The position numbers were made by a program, and so were the translations under genes. Under the pieces are notes generated by a model that had not been told where the DNA came from, did no database searches, and saw nothing but the letters and a program-made list of their open reading frames with translations. A stretch of 64,000 nt of DNA, taken from positions 744,001 to 808,000 of the forward strand of contig NW_019028980.1 in NCBI RefSeq assembly GCF_002105155.1, read 5' to 3'. Positions 25,252 through 35,488 of the stretch are shown here, piece after piece. The DNA comes from Lobosporangium transversale. Lineage: Eukaryota. The number at the start of each line of letters is the position of its first letter. Positions within the stretch are counted from its first letter, which is position 1.

Positions 25252-25453
25252 TAACGATAGAGAGTATGAACTTGGTTTTGTAGTGCAAACCTTTCCCTCG
25301 AAAAATAAAACTGAAGCGGCTCTTATCTTCAGAGCATCTCCAAAGATTACGACAATGCCTCCATATCAAACAGAAGAGGTTTAGAACTGCACAGTACTTG
25401 TTTGAATATCGTATAACAGCCCTTAAAAAAAAAAGCTTCAAGTATGGTCTGGG

Positions 25454-25485
<32 letters not shown>

Positions 25486-25853
25486 CACCTTCGTCTATTC
25501 TAATCTTTACACTGTACAAGCTCGGGGGGGGGGGGGGTTTGTCTTTTTTTCTTGAGCTTATTTTGCAGGGGTTTTTTTTTCTTTTGTTAAGGACTGTTTT
25601 TACGTTATTCGAATACGTACTGTGCCAGTTTTAAGCCTCTTTTACCTAATCCGGAGGCGATGATACAGTCTGTGGAGATGCTCTGAAGGTGAGAGCTGCT
25701 TCACTTTTAGTTTTTGAGCGGAAGAATCTGCATTAAAAAACCCAAGTTCATGTTCTCTATTATTATTGTTAATTTTATATTTTGACTAACATTGCCTAAA
25801 ATCTAAAACAACGCACGAGCCAAGTAAAATCTAAACGTAAAAAAAACGCGTCA
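25207..25853. repeat. Degenerate fold-back / MITE-like inverted repeat (~180-bp core arms)
   Basis: ~25255-25435 (GAGAGTATGAACTTGG...CTTCAGAGCATCTCCA...GCACAGTAC) is an imperfect reverse complement of ~25575-25762 (GTACTGTGC...TGGAGATGCTCTGAAG...CCAAGTTCATGTTCTC). Outer match TGACGCGTTTTTTT / AAAAAAACGCGTCA. Confidence 0.75.
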
Positions 25854-27079
25854 AATTTTCAGAGCACTTTGATAACTTTTTTTTTATAACTCCTATAACG
25901 CAAAGTACAAGGATCTTGCTCTACATGGATGATGGGGAGGATACATAAAAAGGGTTATAAAGCGACACCGCCGTGGTTGCTTACCTGTTACAAGTCGATG
26001 GGCTGTCGTGCTCGTAAGAATACTCTTCAATATCTCAACCGTTCCAATAAAGACTTAGGATTGATTCTGGCAACCCTAAACCAGTCCTTGCGCGTATGTG
26101 CTCACAGGGATGAAAGTTATTTTGGTAGCATTGCTAGGCCATAGGCGGTGGAGAGCAGGGGAAGACCCTTCTTCAAGTCCCCCTTACCTTTTATATTCAG
26201 TGAAATAGCTTTCAGAATCGACATGCCTCAGAAGGATATGATGTAATGATAGTAATAGTAATAAAAGCAATATCAGCCTTCGGTTCCATTTCCGGCTTAT
26301 TCTTGTCGTTTCACAAAAGCATATTCCGCATCCTTCTTTGCTTTGGCCTCCTATCAATGATATCATAGCCGGCTTTGTCTTGTTCCATGCCATATGCCTG
26401 GGTACTGCTTACCTCCAAGATGCTCTTTGTTTTTTGTTAAGATGTCATAAGACAGAGATATGGAATGGATGTGATTGGCCCAGGATAGCTTGTACTCCTG
26501 AATAAGTCGCATTTTTCATGCATGGTGCGTTGTCCATGCACGGTAGGACTACAGCAGTGAATAAAGTCTCATTGACCTGTACTGATGTACTGAACATTCG
26601 TACTGAAGTTTTTTTCAGTAAATTTTTACTTATTATTTACTTATTATTTACTTACACATCGGTAAAAAAAAAAAAAAAAAAAGTAAATTTTGAGTAAAAC
26701 AAAAGTATATTTCGAGTAAAAATCAGTAAGTACTTACTGAAAATATACTTTTTACTTACTTTTGTTTTACTGATATTTACTGAAAATATACTTTTGTTTT
26801 ACTGATATTTACTGGAAATATACTTATTATTTACTTTTGTTTTACTCAAAATTTACTTTTCTTACTTTTCTTTCAGGGGGCCTGCACTTGAATTCCCCGT
26901 ATATGCACGAGCAAACCAAAGCCACTTACTGATGGGTCTCCACATATGCATGTGGATAGGCTGTCATGGACACACGTTGTTCAGAACATGAGATCAACTT
27001 CTATCAAGTATTCAGCGTGCTACCATGATTAAAAGCGACCACCTTCATTTCATGTTGATAGACATGCTTTTCAGGACTT

Positions 27080-27112
<33 letters not shown>

Positions 27113-27555
27113 GCAGACATAGTATATATAGCCCCGTTTCATTTGGTCATGATACCTTATATTTTTTAAATTGATTGAATAGGCTCCAGCGAAAATTGAA
27201 TTGTATTGAATAGCAACTCTAATTCTGATGTCGTTCGCTACTTGCAAGCTTGGCTCGCTGTCCTCTATTTGCACGCCTAGCGGCGGAAGAGGTCAGTGGC
27301 TTTGACGTTGAATAACTGTTATGCGTCATCATGTTTTGCTTCCGCTTCCTTGCCTTCACTCTTAGCTCTCACGCAACGCAATCAAACATGATGATCGTCA
27401 AATTCACAGAGTTCCATCAAGTAAGTAGTAAACATTATCTTTTTTTATCATTTAGCTGCGCTTCCTAATTATCTGTAAGTAATCTCTGGTTTCTTACAAT
27501 GAATAGACGCGGACTTTTTCGATCCAATGAGAACATCGCAGCTTCCTTCTCCCTT

Positions 27556-27889
27556 TTCTTTTCTTTGACCTTGAAGGTCGTTACAAGGAGACACCAGATG
27601 TTCTGCTGATTCGAACCGGCCACTGTACTAGTGGGGAAGCTTTTGAACAGATCTTTGGTCTTGTGCAAAAGCTTCAGCCCCCCGGTAATTAAGAGTCTGT
27701 CAAGCATCTGAATCTTTCTTTTTCTTTTTTTTTTTATTCTTTTCTTTGACCTTGAAGGTCGTTACAAGGAGACACCAGATGTTCTGCTGATTCGAACCGG
27801 CCACTGTACTAGTGGGGAAGCTTTTGAACAGATCTTTGGTCTTGTGCAAAAGCTTCAGCCCCCCGGTAATTAAGAGTCTGTCAAACATC
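27556..27889. repeat. Two-copy direct repeat (~153-bp unit, 181-bp period) inside the arm; mirrored at ~38555-38888
   Basis: TTCTTTGACCTTGAAGGTCG...AAGAGTCTGTCAA occurs twice. The duplicated MxDRLLITGG ORFs reflect this. Confidence 0.95.
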
Positions 27890-28421
27890 CGAGTCTTTTA
27901 TTTTCTTTTTCTTTTATTTTCTTTTTCTTTTATTTTCTTTTTCTTTTCTTTTTCTTTTCTTTTTCTTTTTCTTTTCTTTTTCTTTTTCTTTTCTTTTTCT
28001 TTTTCTTTTTTTTCCTCCGAAATATGGCTCTGCCTTGGTTCCTACTATCTCCTGTCGGCTCCTTAGGTTCGACCACAAGTTGCCGTATGCTCTCCGTCTC
28101 GGAAAAATGGATAAGGATGTGATCCTTTGCATGGTACTACAAACGCATGGCCTTTATTCAAACCTGCAACCTGCAACTCGATATCAAAACCGATTTTAAC
28201 TTACTATCATATACTCTGTATTAATATTAGATCAATCAAGATTTCATTCGTTTGCACACTCAGATGATTAGCAGTTATCGGTCTGCGGTTTTTGTTGAGG
28301 GGCATGGATGAGGGTATCGTGGGCAAGACTCTTGACGGATTTGTTTATAATTCGTTGGAATAGCAAGAAGCATCAGGCATTAAAGATGAATAGTACAATA
28401 AACAATCCTTAATGAAGCAAT

Positions 28422-30133
28422 TTATTCTGATCTCTTGCGCTTTCTATCCTTGAGCTTGCAGAGGTGAAAAGATGGCCTCACCCATGTATGGGCATGTTTC
28501 ACCGCGCCTGTAACGCTCGCGGGTCGCCCCTCGACAGCTTCCTTGGCTTTCAAGTAAGGTGCCTTTGTAGCCTCCAGAATTGGCACTGCTTCTGCAATTA
28601 CTCCAAGGCTCTTCTTATCCTTGGGCAGTGTGACCTTGCCCAATAGTCTGGGGATATAAATGGCTTCGCAATCTAGGGTCATTACGAAGATCTCCATTTG
28701 ATCCTCTAAAAGCGTGAATTAGCACCACTGTCTCCGTTTAGGTTTCATGGATTATAAAAATATACAAGAGTATAACATACTTTGAACAAGCAGACCCAGG
28801 ACCGTTGGGTCTACCACACCCTCAGCGAACAAGAGATCTAGTGCCAGCTTCATCTCAGAAAGTAATTTCCTGAAATCTCTACGAAGGAACACGTTAGAAG
28901 TGCCTGGGAGTTTCACCTCCACTATGAGTAGAGGCAGACCGTTGGCCGTAACCAAGTGATCTGGTCTAAAGCGCTCCTCATAGTATTCCTCCGTTGGGAA
29001 TTCGTAATCGCTGAAAGCGGAGGCGTGTTATACCAAGAGTGAAGAAATAACATGTGAATATCCTGCAGAAGTGAATGAAGAACAAAGAACTGACAGGTCC
29101 ACTACTCACCAAAGTCCTATAGTTTCTGCGATGGCATAGAGGTAGGGCCTGAGGTAGAGCATGCTGTATGTCATCTCGTTTATTTTGGGTGGCTCCCAAA
29201 AGAACGTATCGCTGCCAACCGTGGTGAAAATACTCTTGAGCATTTCACTTGCTCCTTCCCAACCCTGTTCAAGACAGGCGCGATACTCGGAAGCAGAGTT
29301 TGACGCCTCTGCTTTCTCCATGCAGAATTTGGAAAAAGCCAAATCCTGCTCACTCAAGGCTACGGTCGTTGTAGCCTTGAAAAAGTGGCTAAGGATCATA
29401 CCATGCCTGTCTTTTGGACAATACTTTTCCATAAATTCCTTTGTAAAAATGAAGTTTATGGAGCTTGAAATCACAGTAAGAACTGTATTAGTGTCACGAC
29501 CTTCGGTGTATTCTCAAGCAATGAAATAAATGGTTGTAAAAAGCACTCACAGAATATCAGGTGAAGAGAGGAGCGTTCCCTGGCGCTGTTCCTCAAGTTT
29601 AACGAGCTCTTCTCGTGCCTCCATGAGGAGAGAAGACACGTCGAAACGTCCTTTCAAGACCAATCTATCCGTGACCTGGCTACTCCTCTCGCCTTCCCCA
29701 GTGAGGCGGTTGACAGGCTCAGACTTTTTAGTCTTGTCAGACTCGTTAGACTAGTTGTTATTATTTTATTAATATTGGAATCATAATGGAAGTAAATATT
29801 AGTCAAATCGGATCAATTCGTTGGTTCAACGTTAATTTATTCGATACATACCCCCTCCAGGTAACCTCTGATTTTTCTTGTTTTTATGTCTACAAGTAGG
29901 GCACGTAAGCTCTCCTTGTAAATCATATTCACGACCGAATCGTTATTTTTTGGTCGCGTCATGTTCTTGATCCTTGTAATAATGTTGTTGAAGCTTTTAA
30001 CACTACGGCCCATACAGTTTTCTTTGGCGATCAATTCGACGAAATGGAAAATGGTAAGATCCTTTGGGCTTGGCCATTCGCCAATTGGAAATTGGCATAC
30101 CATGTTTTCGAAAATGAATGAGTTGACGGCCAT
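28422..30133 (-). CDS. Five-exon gene with a C-terminal PD-(D/E)xK restriction-endonuclease-like domain (left-arm copy)
   Basis: Mirror of 36311-38022. Motif RFRPDHLV...LLIVEVK...DFRKLLSEMKLALD. Confidence 0.7.
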
Positions 30134-30407
30134 TTTGTCTGAAGAGGTTTAATAAAGTGGTGCGGAAGTTTTTTTAAAAGTGTTACGAAGATGAGAGTGA
30201 CAAAACTTGGCTTGTTGCTTAAGACAATGTGAGATGTTTTTCAGATATTAGAAGTCAAGGAGATCAAAAGTTGTTTTTATTATTGTCAAACGAGAGCCTT
30301 TTATCAAAGACTCTCTATGACCGTCACATGATATTCTGACCTTATGAATAAAAATGGAAGTGCACCTGAGGTGCACTCCCAAGCCTCGGTACGTAACAAC
30401 TCCCCCC

Positions 30408-30535
30408 TAGGCTCGTCACCAGCCTGAGGACGAAGCGCACGTGTGTTTACACGTGCTGCAAGGCAAGCGTGCCTAAAAAGGCAACTGGTGGCTTGCTCTT
30501 GCAGATGCTTCTCTCTCAGGCTGGTGACGAGCCTA
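30408..30535. repeat. Perfect 21-bp inverted repeat pair with nearby hairpins, between the nuclease and core gene starts; mirrored at 35909-36036
   Basis: TAGGCTCGTCACCAGCCTGAG (30408-30428) and CTCAGGCTGGTGACGAGCCTA (30515-30535). Hairpins GCACGTGT-gttt-ACACGTGC (~30437) and AGTGCACC-tga-GGTGCACT (~30359). Confidence 0.9.
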
Positions 30536-30963
30536 TCTCTCAGGCTGGAATCAAAAGTCGACTATTAGCTGGCGACTTAAATTTTTTGAATTTTTTTTTT
30601 TTTCAAAGTCAAAAATCATATGGAAGAGCGTACAAAACACATGCAACTCACATTCATGCTTATATGGAGTCAATCTGGCATATATAGATCGGATACACAT
30701 ATACTTTTCAACATTAACTTTTATCTTTCTTTCTCTCTCTTACCTTTCTTCTCCCTCTCCCTCTCCTTCTCCCTCTCCCTCTCCCTCTTCCTCTCTCTCT
30801 CCCTCACCACCTCACTCTTCCCCTCGCCTTCACCCCTTCTCTCACTCTCATTGCGCTCCCATTGCAATCTCATTACACACCTGCTACACACTCATTACCG
30901 ACCTGTAGTTTTCTCTAACATTTGCAAAAAAAAAATTAATAAAATATTTTGCAACATTAACAA

Positions 30964-33081
30964 ATGTCAGCTACTGGTACTCCAGCAAACCCAGCAAGCG
31001 AATATTCCATCCTACCTGATGATGTTGGTCAGAGATGCTATGATACCTTCAAGTTTTACCCAAGAAAGGAGCAACTTGAAGTTGTGGAGACAATTGGACG
31101 CCATCAAGATTGTATTTTGATTGCTGGTACAGGGTGGGGCAAGACGTTGGTGTATTTTCTTCCACTAGTTCTGTGGCCGAAAGAAATTATAGTCATTATC
31201 ACGCCGCTGAGAGCGCTAGGAGATGAACAGTCGGAAAAACTCGACTTATCTGGTATCCCAAACATCCATCTGAAGAAAGGAACAGAGTTTTCAGTCAGTG
31301 ATCTGGTTAAGGGAAAGTACCGCGCTGTGTTTATGTCGCCTGAGATAATTTTTCAGAACCCTCGTGTGAGCTCACTTTGGAGCATCCCTGAATGGAAGAA
31401 CCGATTAAGAGCGGTGGTGGTGGATGAGGCCCATTGTATTGGGACTTGGGGAGGACAATTTAGAACTGACTATGCGAAGCTCGGGCACTTACGCGCAAAA
31501 GTATCTCCTTCAACCTGCTTTGTGGCCGTCTCCGCCATATTGCCCCCAGTGCTTCTCTCTGAAGTTTTGAAGACGCTTCATTTTAGTAATCCTGTTATAT
31601 TTAACTATGGTAACGATCGGACTAATATCCAGCTTCATGTAAAGCAACTACGATACAAAGCGTCCTCCTACCAAGATCTCGAATTTCTGAAAGATGGCAT
31701 CAAGACAATTGTCTATTTTGATGAAATTCGACAGGCGGAAGCAGCAGCTCGACACGTTGGTGAGCTCATAGGCTGTCGTCAAGTCGCAGTATATCACTCG
31801 ATGAAGTCAGATCCCCTAAAGAAGATAAGAATGTCTGATTTTAAAAACAACGAAATACAAGTCCTCATGTCCACAGAGGCCGCTGGCATGGGTTGCGACA
31901 TGAATGATGTTATCAGAGTCATTCAGTACGGATATCCTAAAAATCTGTCAACCCTGATTCAGAGACTTGGTCGTGCAGCACGCAACCCTGATCTAGAAGG
32001 GGATGGCATCCTTCTTGTCCCGGCATCCAATAGTAAATCTATAGGTAATGTGGATAAAGATATTGTTGAATATGTCAAAACTACAGGTTGTCGCCGCGAG
32101 CTCCTTAATAACTTTTTCGGGAACCAACATAAAGTTATTTCAAGGTGTTGTGACATCTGTAATCCTTCTCTTCCATCAACAGAGGAATCTTTACATGGAT
32201 TAGTTGCGGCAGATACAAGCGACTCTGGTAGTATACTTCCGAAAGTATCATTCACTGAAGCGGAGCGGAAGGTGATAGTAAAGGCAATTGAAACATGGCG
32301 GTATAACATTTTCAAGGAGCAATACGAAGGTCGTTCTCTCTTTGTAAGCCTCGAATGTATCATGTCAAACAAAATGATCAAAACACTTGCTGGAAAAGTC
32401 GCGAGGATAAAACCGTCTGAGTCAGTTCAATCTGTCATTCCATGGCTCTCCATTAAGCAGGATCATATAAAAACTCTGGATGACATGATTGTTGATCTGA
32501 AGACGGACATCATGGCAAGGAGAACACAATCAAGATCAGCGAGTCGTCCATCAGTACAAGATGCGGAGGCAAAGCCAATACAGCAAGTGCATCATTTGCT
32601 TGAGCATCAGCAGGAAAGACAATATGGGCAATTTAGCACAATTCAAGGACTGGAGGCGCTACTCAAGTCGCAAAAAGTCCATCATCTAATACGACAACCA
32701 CCGCTGAAGCAGTTAATACCATGGGATGCATTAGGGCCTCTACAGCACCAAGAATGCCATTGTTGCAAGCTATCAGAGTTGCAACAACCACTGGAACAAC
32801 AGCAACTACTTTTGCAACAGATATTGCAAGCAATTTTGAGTAATCCACCAACGCGGCAACTGCTGTTACAGCCGCCACTGAATCAGTTGCTGCTCAGACA
32901 ACCACTGCAATGTCAACAACCATTGCAAGAAGGACTACAAGAGCACGAGCCACCGCAGGAACAACCGCAGGAGCACCCTAGAAAAGAGAAACTGACATCT
33001 CGGTCTTCACGAAAGCGCAAAGAGCTAAGTAGTCCAACAACATCACAAAATAATATAAAATTTATATCTTGGGAACCATGA
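30964..33081 (+). CDS. RecQ-like SF2 helicase of the AcademH-like element
   Basis: AGTGWGKT (motif I), VVDEAHC (II), VSAI (III, normally SAT), STEAAGMGCD (V), QRLGRAAR (VI), CRR...CCDIC Zn module, Q-rich tail. Confidence 0.92.
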   Translation: MSATGTPANPASEYSILPDDVGQRCYDTFKFYPRKEQLEVVETIGRHQDCILIAGTGWGKTLVYFLPLVLWPKEIIVIITPLRALGDEQSEKLDLSGIPNIHLKKGTEFSVSDLVKGKYRAVFMSPEIIFQNPRVSSLWSIPEWKNRLRAVVVDEAHCIGTWGGQFRTDYAKLGHLRAKVSPSTCFVAVSAILPPVLLSEVLKTLHFSNPVIFNYGNDRTNIQLHVKQLRYKASSYQDLEFLKDGIKTIVYFDEIRQAEAAARHVGELIGCRQVAVYHSMKSDPLKKIRMSDFKNNEIQVLMSTEAAGMGCDMNDVIRVIQYGYPKNLSTLIQRLGRAARNPDLEGDGILLVPASNSKSIGNVDKDIVEYVKTTGCRRELLNNFFGNQHKVISRCCDICNPSLPSTEESLHGLVAADTSDSGSILPKVSFTEAERKVIVKAIETWRYNIFKEQYEGRSLFVSLECIMSNKMIKTLAGKVARIKPSESVQSVIPWLSIKQDHIKTLDDMIVDLKTDIMARRTQSRSASRPSVQDAEAKPIQQVHHLLEHQQERQYGQFSTIQGLEALLKSQKVHHLIRQPPLKQLIPWDALGPLQHQECHCCKLSELQQPLEQQQLLLQQILQAILSNPPTRQLLLQPPLNQLLLRQPLQCQQPLQEGLQEHEPPQEQPQEHPRKEKLTSRSSRKRKELSSPTTSQNNIKFISWEP

Positions 33082-33130
33082 AGATTTTTATCATTCAATA
33101 AACAAATTAAGCAAACAGAATCTCTTTGGT

Positions 33131-35488
33131 TTATTGTTCACAGGTCGCATGGACGTAATCAGTAATATCAAAACCAACAATATCGTCCTGCATATCTTCC
33201 TCCTCGTCTTCAATCTCCGTCTCATTATCTACATTCATATCATTGTCAACGCTCAAATCCCCACCCTGCTTCCGGACACAGACTGAATTGACGAATGATT
33301 GGATGCGCTTGCCTTCATTCATTTTTATTATGCCTTCTATGAGGAGATTAGCCACTGATGTGGCGTTTCCAAAGTTTGGATGATTCCTCTTCTCCTGAGG
33401 TATGTTGTCAAAGATATAATACTCTACTAATGACTTGTGGATTGCTGAGATGTCATCGCTCATCGACATATTTTCATGTTTAGTGCCTGTGTATGGAATA
33501 TTAAAATCAATCTCCATTTGGTCCGATAGATCACCGAGAGTCTGAACATTGACAGAAAGTGTCTCTTCCTCCATTTCCCAGTGGTCACAGGTTCGTTTCG
33601 CTTTAAATAAATTCTTGATCAATAAATTGTTGTGCTCTTGGTAAAGGTCTGCTGGTATCCAACGGTTTGGTTGGCCAGTGGTATTGACTAGCCATGAAGA
33701 TCTAACGGCATCCTTTGTTTGCTTGGACCAGGAGTAAGCAAAGCCGCAATGTAGATGCAGAAGTTCATTTGCATAGTTTTTTGTTGATCCGGCTTGAAAC
33801 ATTATTGTGATCCATTTTAGAATCTCTTCAATGCGCCCATGATCACCTGCTTTGATCGCAGACGATAGCTCCAAGTAAAAAAGCATGTCACGGAGAAACA
33901 AGGCGGAATTCCTAGATGTGGTCCCATCGAGGATTTCTAAGGAGCCAGTCAGAAGAAATCTATCAATTAATGTGTCCACTTTCGCCATGAGTTCAATTTT
34001 AAGTACTTCATCGGAGACACCTTCCGCAAATTCTTCCAAGTTTGTACTTAGTAGAGTAAGCTCCCATGCCCGTTGTACTAGTGCATCAAATGACTCGCGG
34101 AGAAGCTCATTTGTGGCATGAAAATCAGGCTTCTCTAGGGAAACCCTCTTTCGTTCAAGCAACGATACATTGAACGCAATTGAACCAGGTGTTGAAGCAG
34201 TGCCATAATGGGTACGCAAAATTGTTGAGGCCAGAAGCATTTGAAGATGGAATAACTGAATGACAGGTATGACCCAGTCAAGGCGGTGGTATGATGAGAT
34301 ATCGTCTGCACGTAATTCCTTCAATGAACGGAGCCTACTGACCGTCAGCTGGTCACCAGCAATGAGTATTCTTCGTCCCTCAAACCATTCATGCGGGAGT
34401 TCCAGCGCAGCTTCCGTTATAAATTCCAAGACTTCCAAGTTACCGCGAATCGTTCCTTGGTCAATACGCATTGATGGAAGCGGAAAAGTTTTCGTCTTTT
34501 CGAGCGTCAGTAAGTGCTTTGTAGGTGCTGGCATTGATTGCCCATCAAATCTTTTAAAATTTCGGAGTAGAACTCCGACCAAGTGGTATTGAAAAACTTT
34601 TCGAAGATGAGCTTCATTGTCATCAGTAGGCATCAAGTCCTGTAGGCGAAGGGATTGTGTGGGCTTGAAGTTTATCTCCTCCTCGGCTGCAACATTTGAG
34701 ACGATTGCAGTTGCTGTAGTTCCACTTACAAATATGTCCCTGTTTCCAAGTCGTTGATGGTGCTTGTGAGACGCCATATTTATATTATCGTATACGATAT
34801 ACCAAGGCACTTCTCTTACTGTAGCCTGGATACGATCGCGTGAGTCCGTACTTAATGCCTTTAGACCCCTCATGATTGTGGGATGAGAAACTGAAAGTCC
34901 TGCCTTTGAGAAAAGATTGACAAGCTTGACAGGCGCACCTTTACCAAACATATATAATCCAGTCATCATTTGAAGATAATTGCATCTGTTGCTGTATAAG
35001 AAGCCCAAGATACTTGCAATGACAGGAACTACTGTTGTAGCATCCCTGGAACTTGATTTATTCGCTCTGGTAAGGCCATTCAGGAGCGAATAAACGGTAG
35101 GAGCAATGGATTGAAATCTGTTGGCAATATTTTGAAGTGAAAACTTATCGGTTCTCTCCTTACAAACACCATTAGATGGAAGTCGCAACGTGTTATCTGC
35201 TGTAACCTCCCTGAGCTCATCCTTTGCAGAATGGAGAACAAATTCAATAGCACCAGAAAGAGCACTCTTCATATGCTCCGGGTCCGTAATGCCTCGCTGC
35301 CACAGGTCGATAATTTCTGCAGGACCATCATTTGCATAGAAAAAATTAACCTTACGCTTAATATTAGAGTCTTGCGACACTAACGAGGCTTTCAAGAAAG
35401 CCCTCAGCGAAAGCCTATGCTTTGCCATCACGTTATAAACGGCTCTCAAAGAAGTGGCACGTTTCGTCTGTTTCTTGCTTTTTGGCAT
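33131..35488 (-). CDS. Academ-type DDE transposase (DUF6589-like)
   Basis: The real ATG is probably at 35488 (MPKSKK...); the upstream ORF extension is arm sequence. Candidate catalytic motifs VYDNINM, AGDQLT and ADLYQEHNN, plus LFHLQM and NYANELL. Confidence 0.85.
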   Translation of the reverse strand: MPKSKKQTKRATSLRAVYNVMAKHRLSLRAFLKASLVSQDSNIKRKVNFFYANDGPAEIIDLWQRGITDPEHMKSALSGAIEFVLHSAKDELREVTADNTLRLPSNGVCKERTDKFSLQNIANRFQSIAPTVYSLLNGLTRANKSSSRDATTVVPVIASILGFLYSNRCNYLQMMTGLYMFGKGAPVKLVNLFSKAGLSVSHPTIMRGLKALSTDSRDRIQATVREVPWYIVYDNINMASHKHHQRLGNRDIFVSGTTATAIVSNVAAEEEINFKPTQSLRLQDLMPTDDNEAHLRKVFQYHLVGVLLRNFKRFDGQSMPAPTKHLLTLEKTKTFPLPSMRIDQGTIRGNLEVLEFITEAALELPHEWFEGRRILIAGDQLTVSRLRSLKELRADDISSYHRLDWVIPVIQLFHLQMLLASTILRTHYGTASTPGSIAFNVSLLERKRVSLEKPDFHATNELLRESFDALVQRAWELTLLSTNLEEFAEGVSDEVLKIELMAKVDTLIDRFLLTGSLEILDGTTSRNSALFLRDMLFYLELSSAIKAGDHGRIEEILKWITIMFQAGSTKNYANELLHLHCGFAYSWSKQTKDAVRSSWLVNTTGQPNRWIPADLYQEHNNLLIKNLFKAKRTCDHWEMEEETLSVNVQTLGDLSDQMEIDFNIPYTGTKHENMSMSDDISAIHKSLVEYYIFDNIPQEKRNHPNFGNATSVANLLIEGIIKMNEGKRIQSFVNSVCVRKQGGDLSVDNDMNVDNETEIEDEEEDMQDDIVGFDITDYVHATCEQ

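Larger units (their letters stand above)
26573..30957 (+). repeat. Left inverted arm (4385 bp)
   Basis: Starts TGACCTGTACTGATG and ends ...TTTTGCAACAT. Reverse complement of the right arm; the only difference I noticed is one homopolymer length near 27085-27112. Confidence 0.97.

Noticed and set aside
26580..26870. CRISPR-like array
   Set aside because: Eukaryotic context, irregular AT-rich repeats without unique spacers, and no cas genes.
27465..28132. Short ORFs MxDRLLITGG... and Lys-rich ORFs in the arms (and mirrors at 38312-38979)
   Set aside because: Products of a tandem duplication and a CTTTT microsatellite. They begin without a clear gene structure and match no family I recognise.
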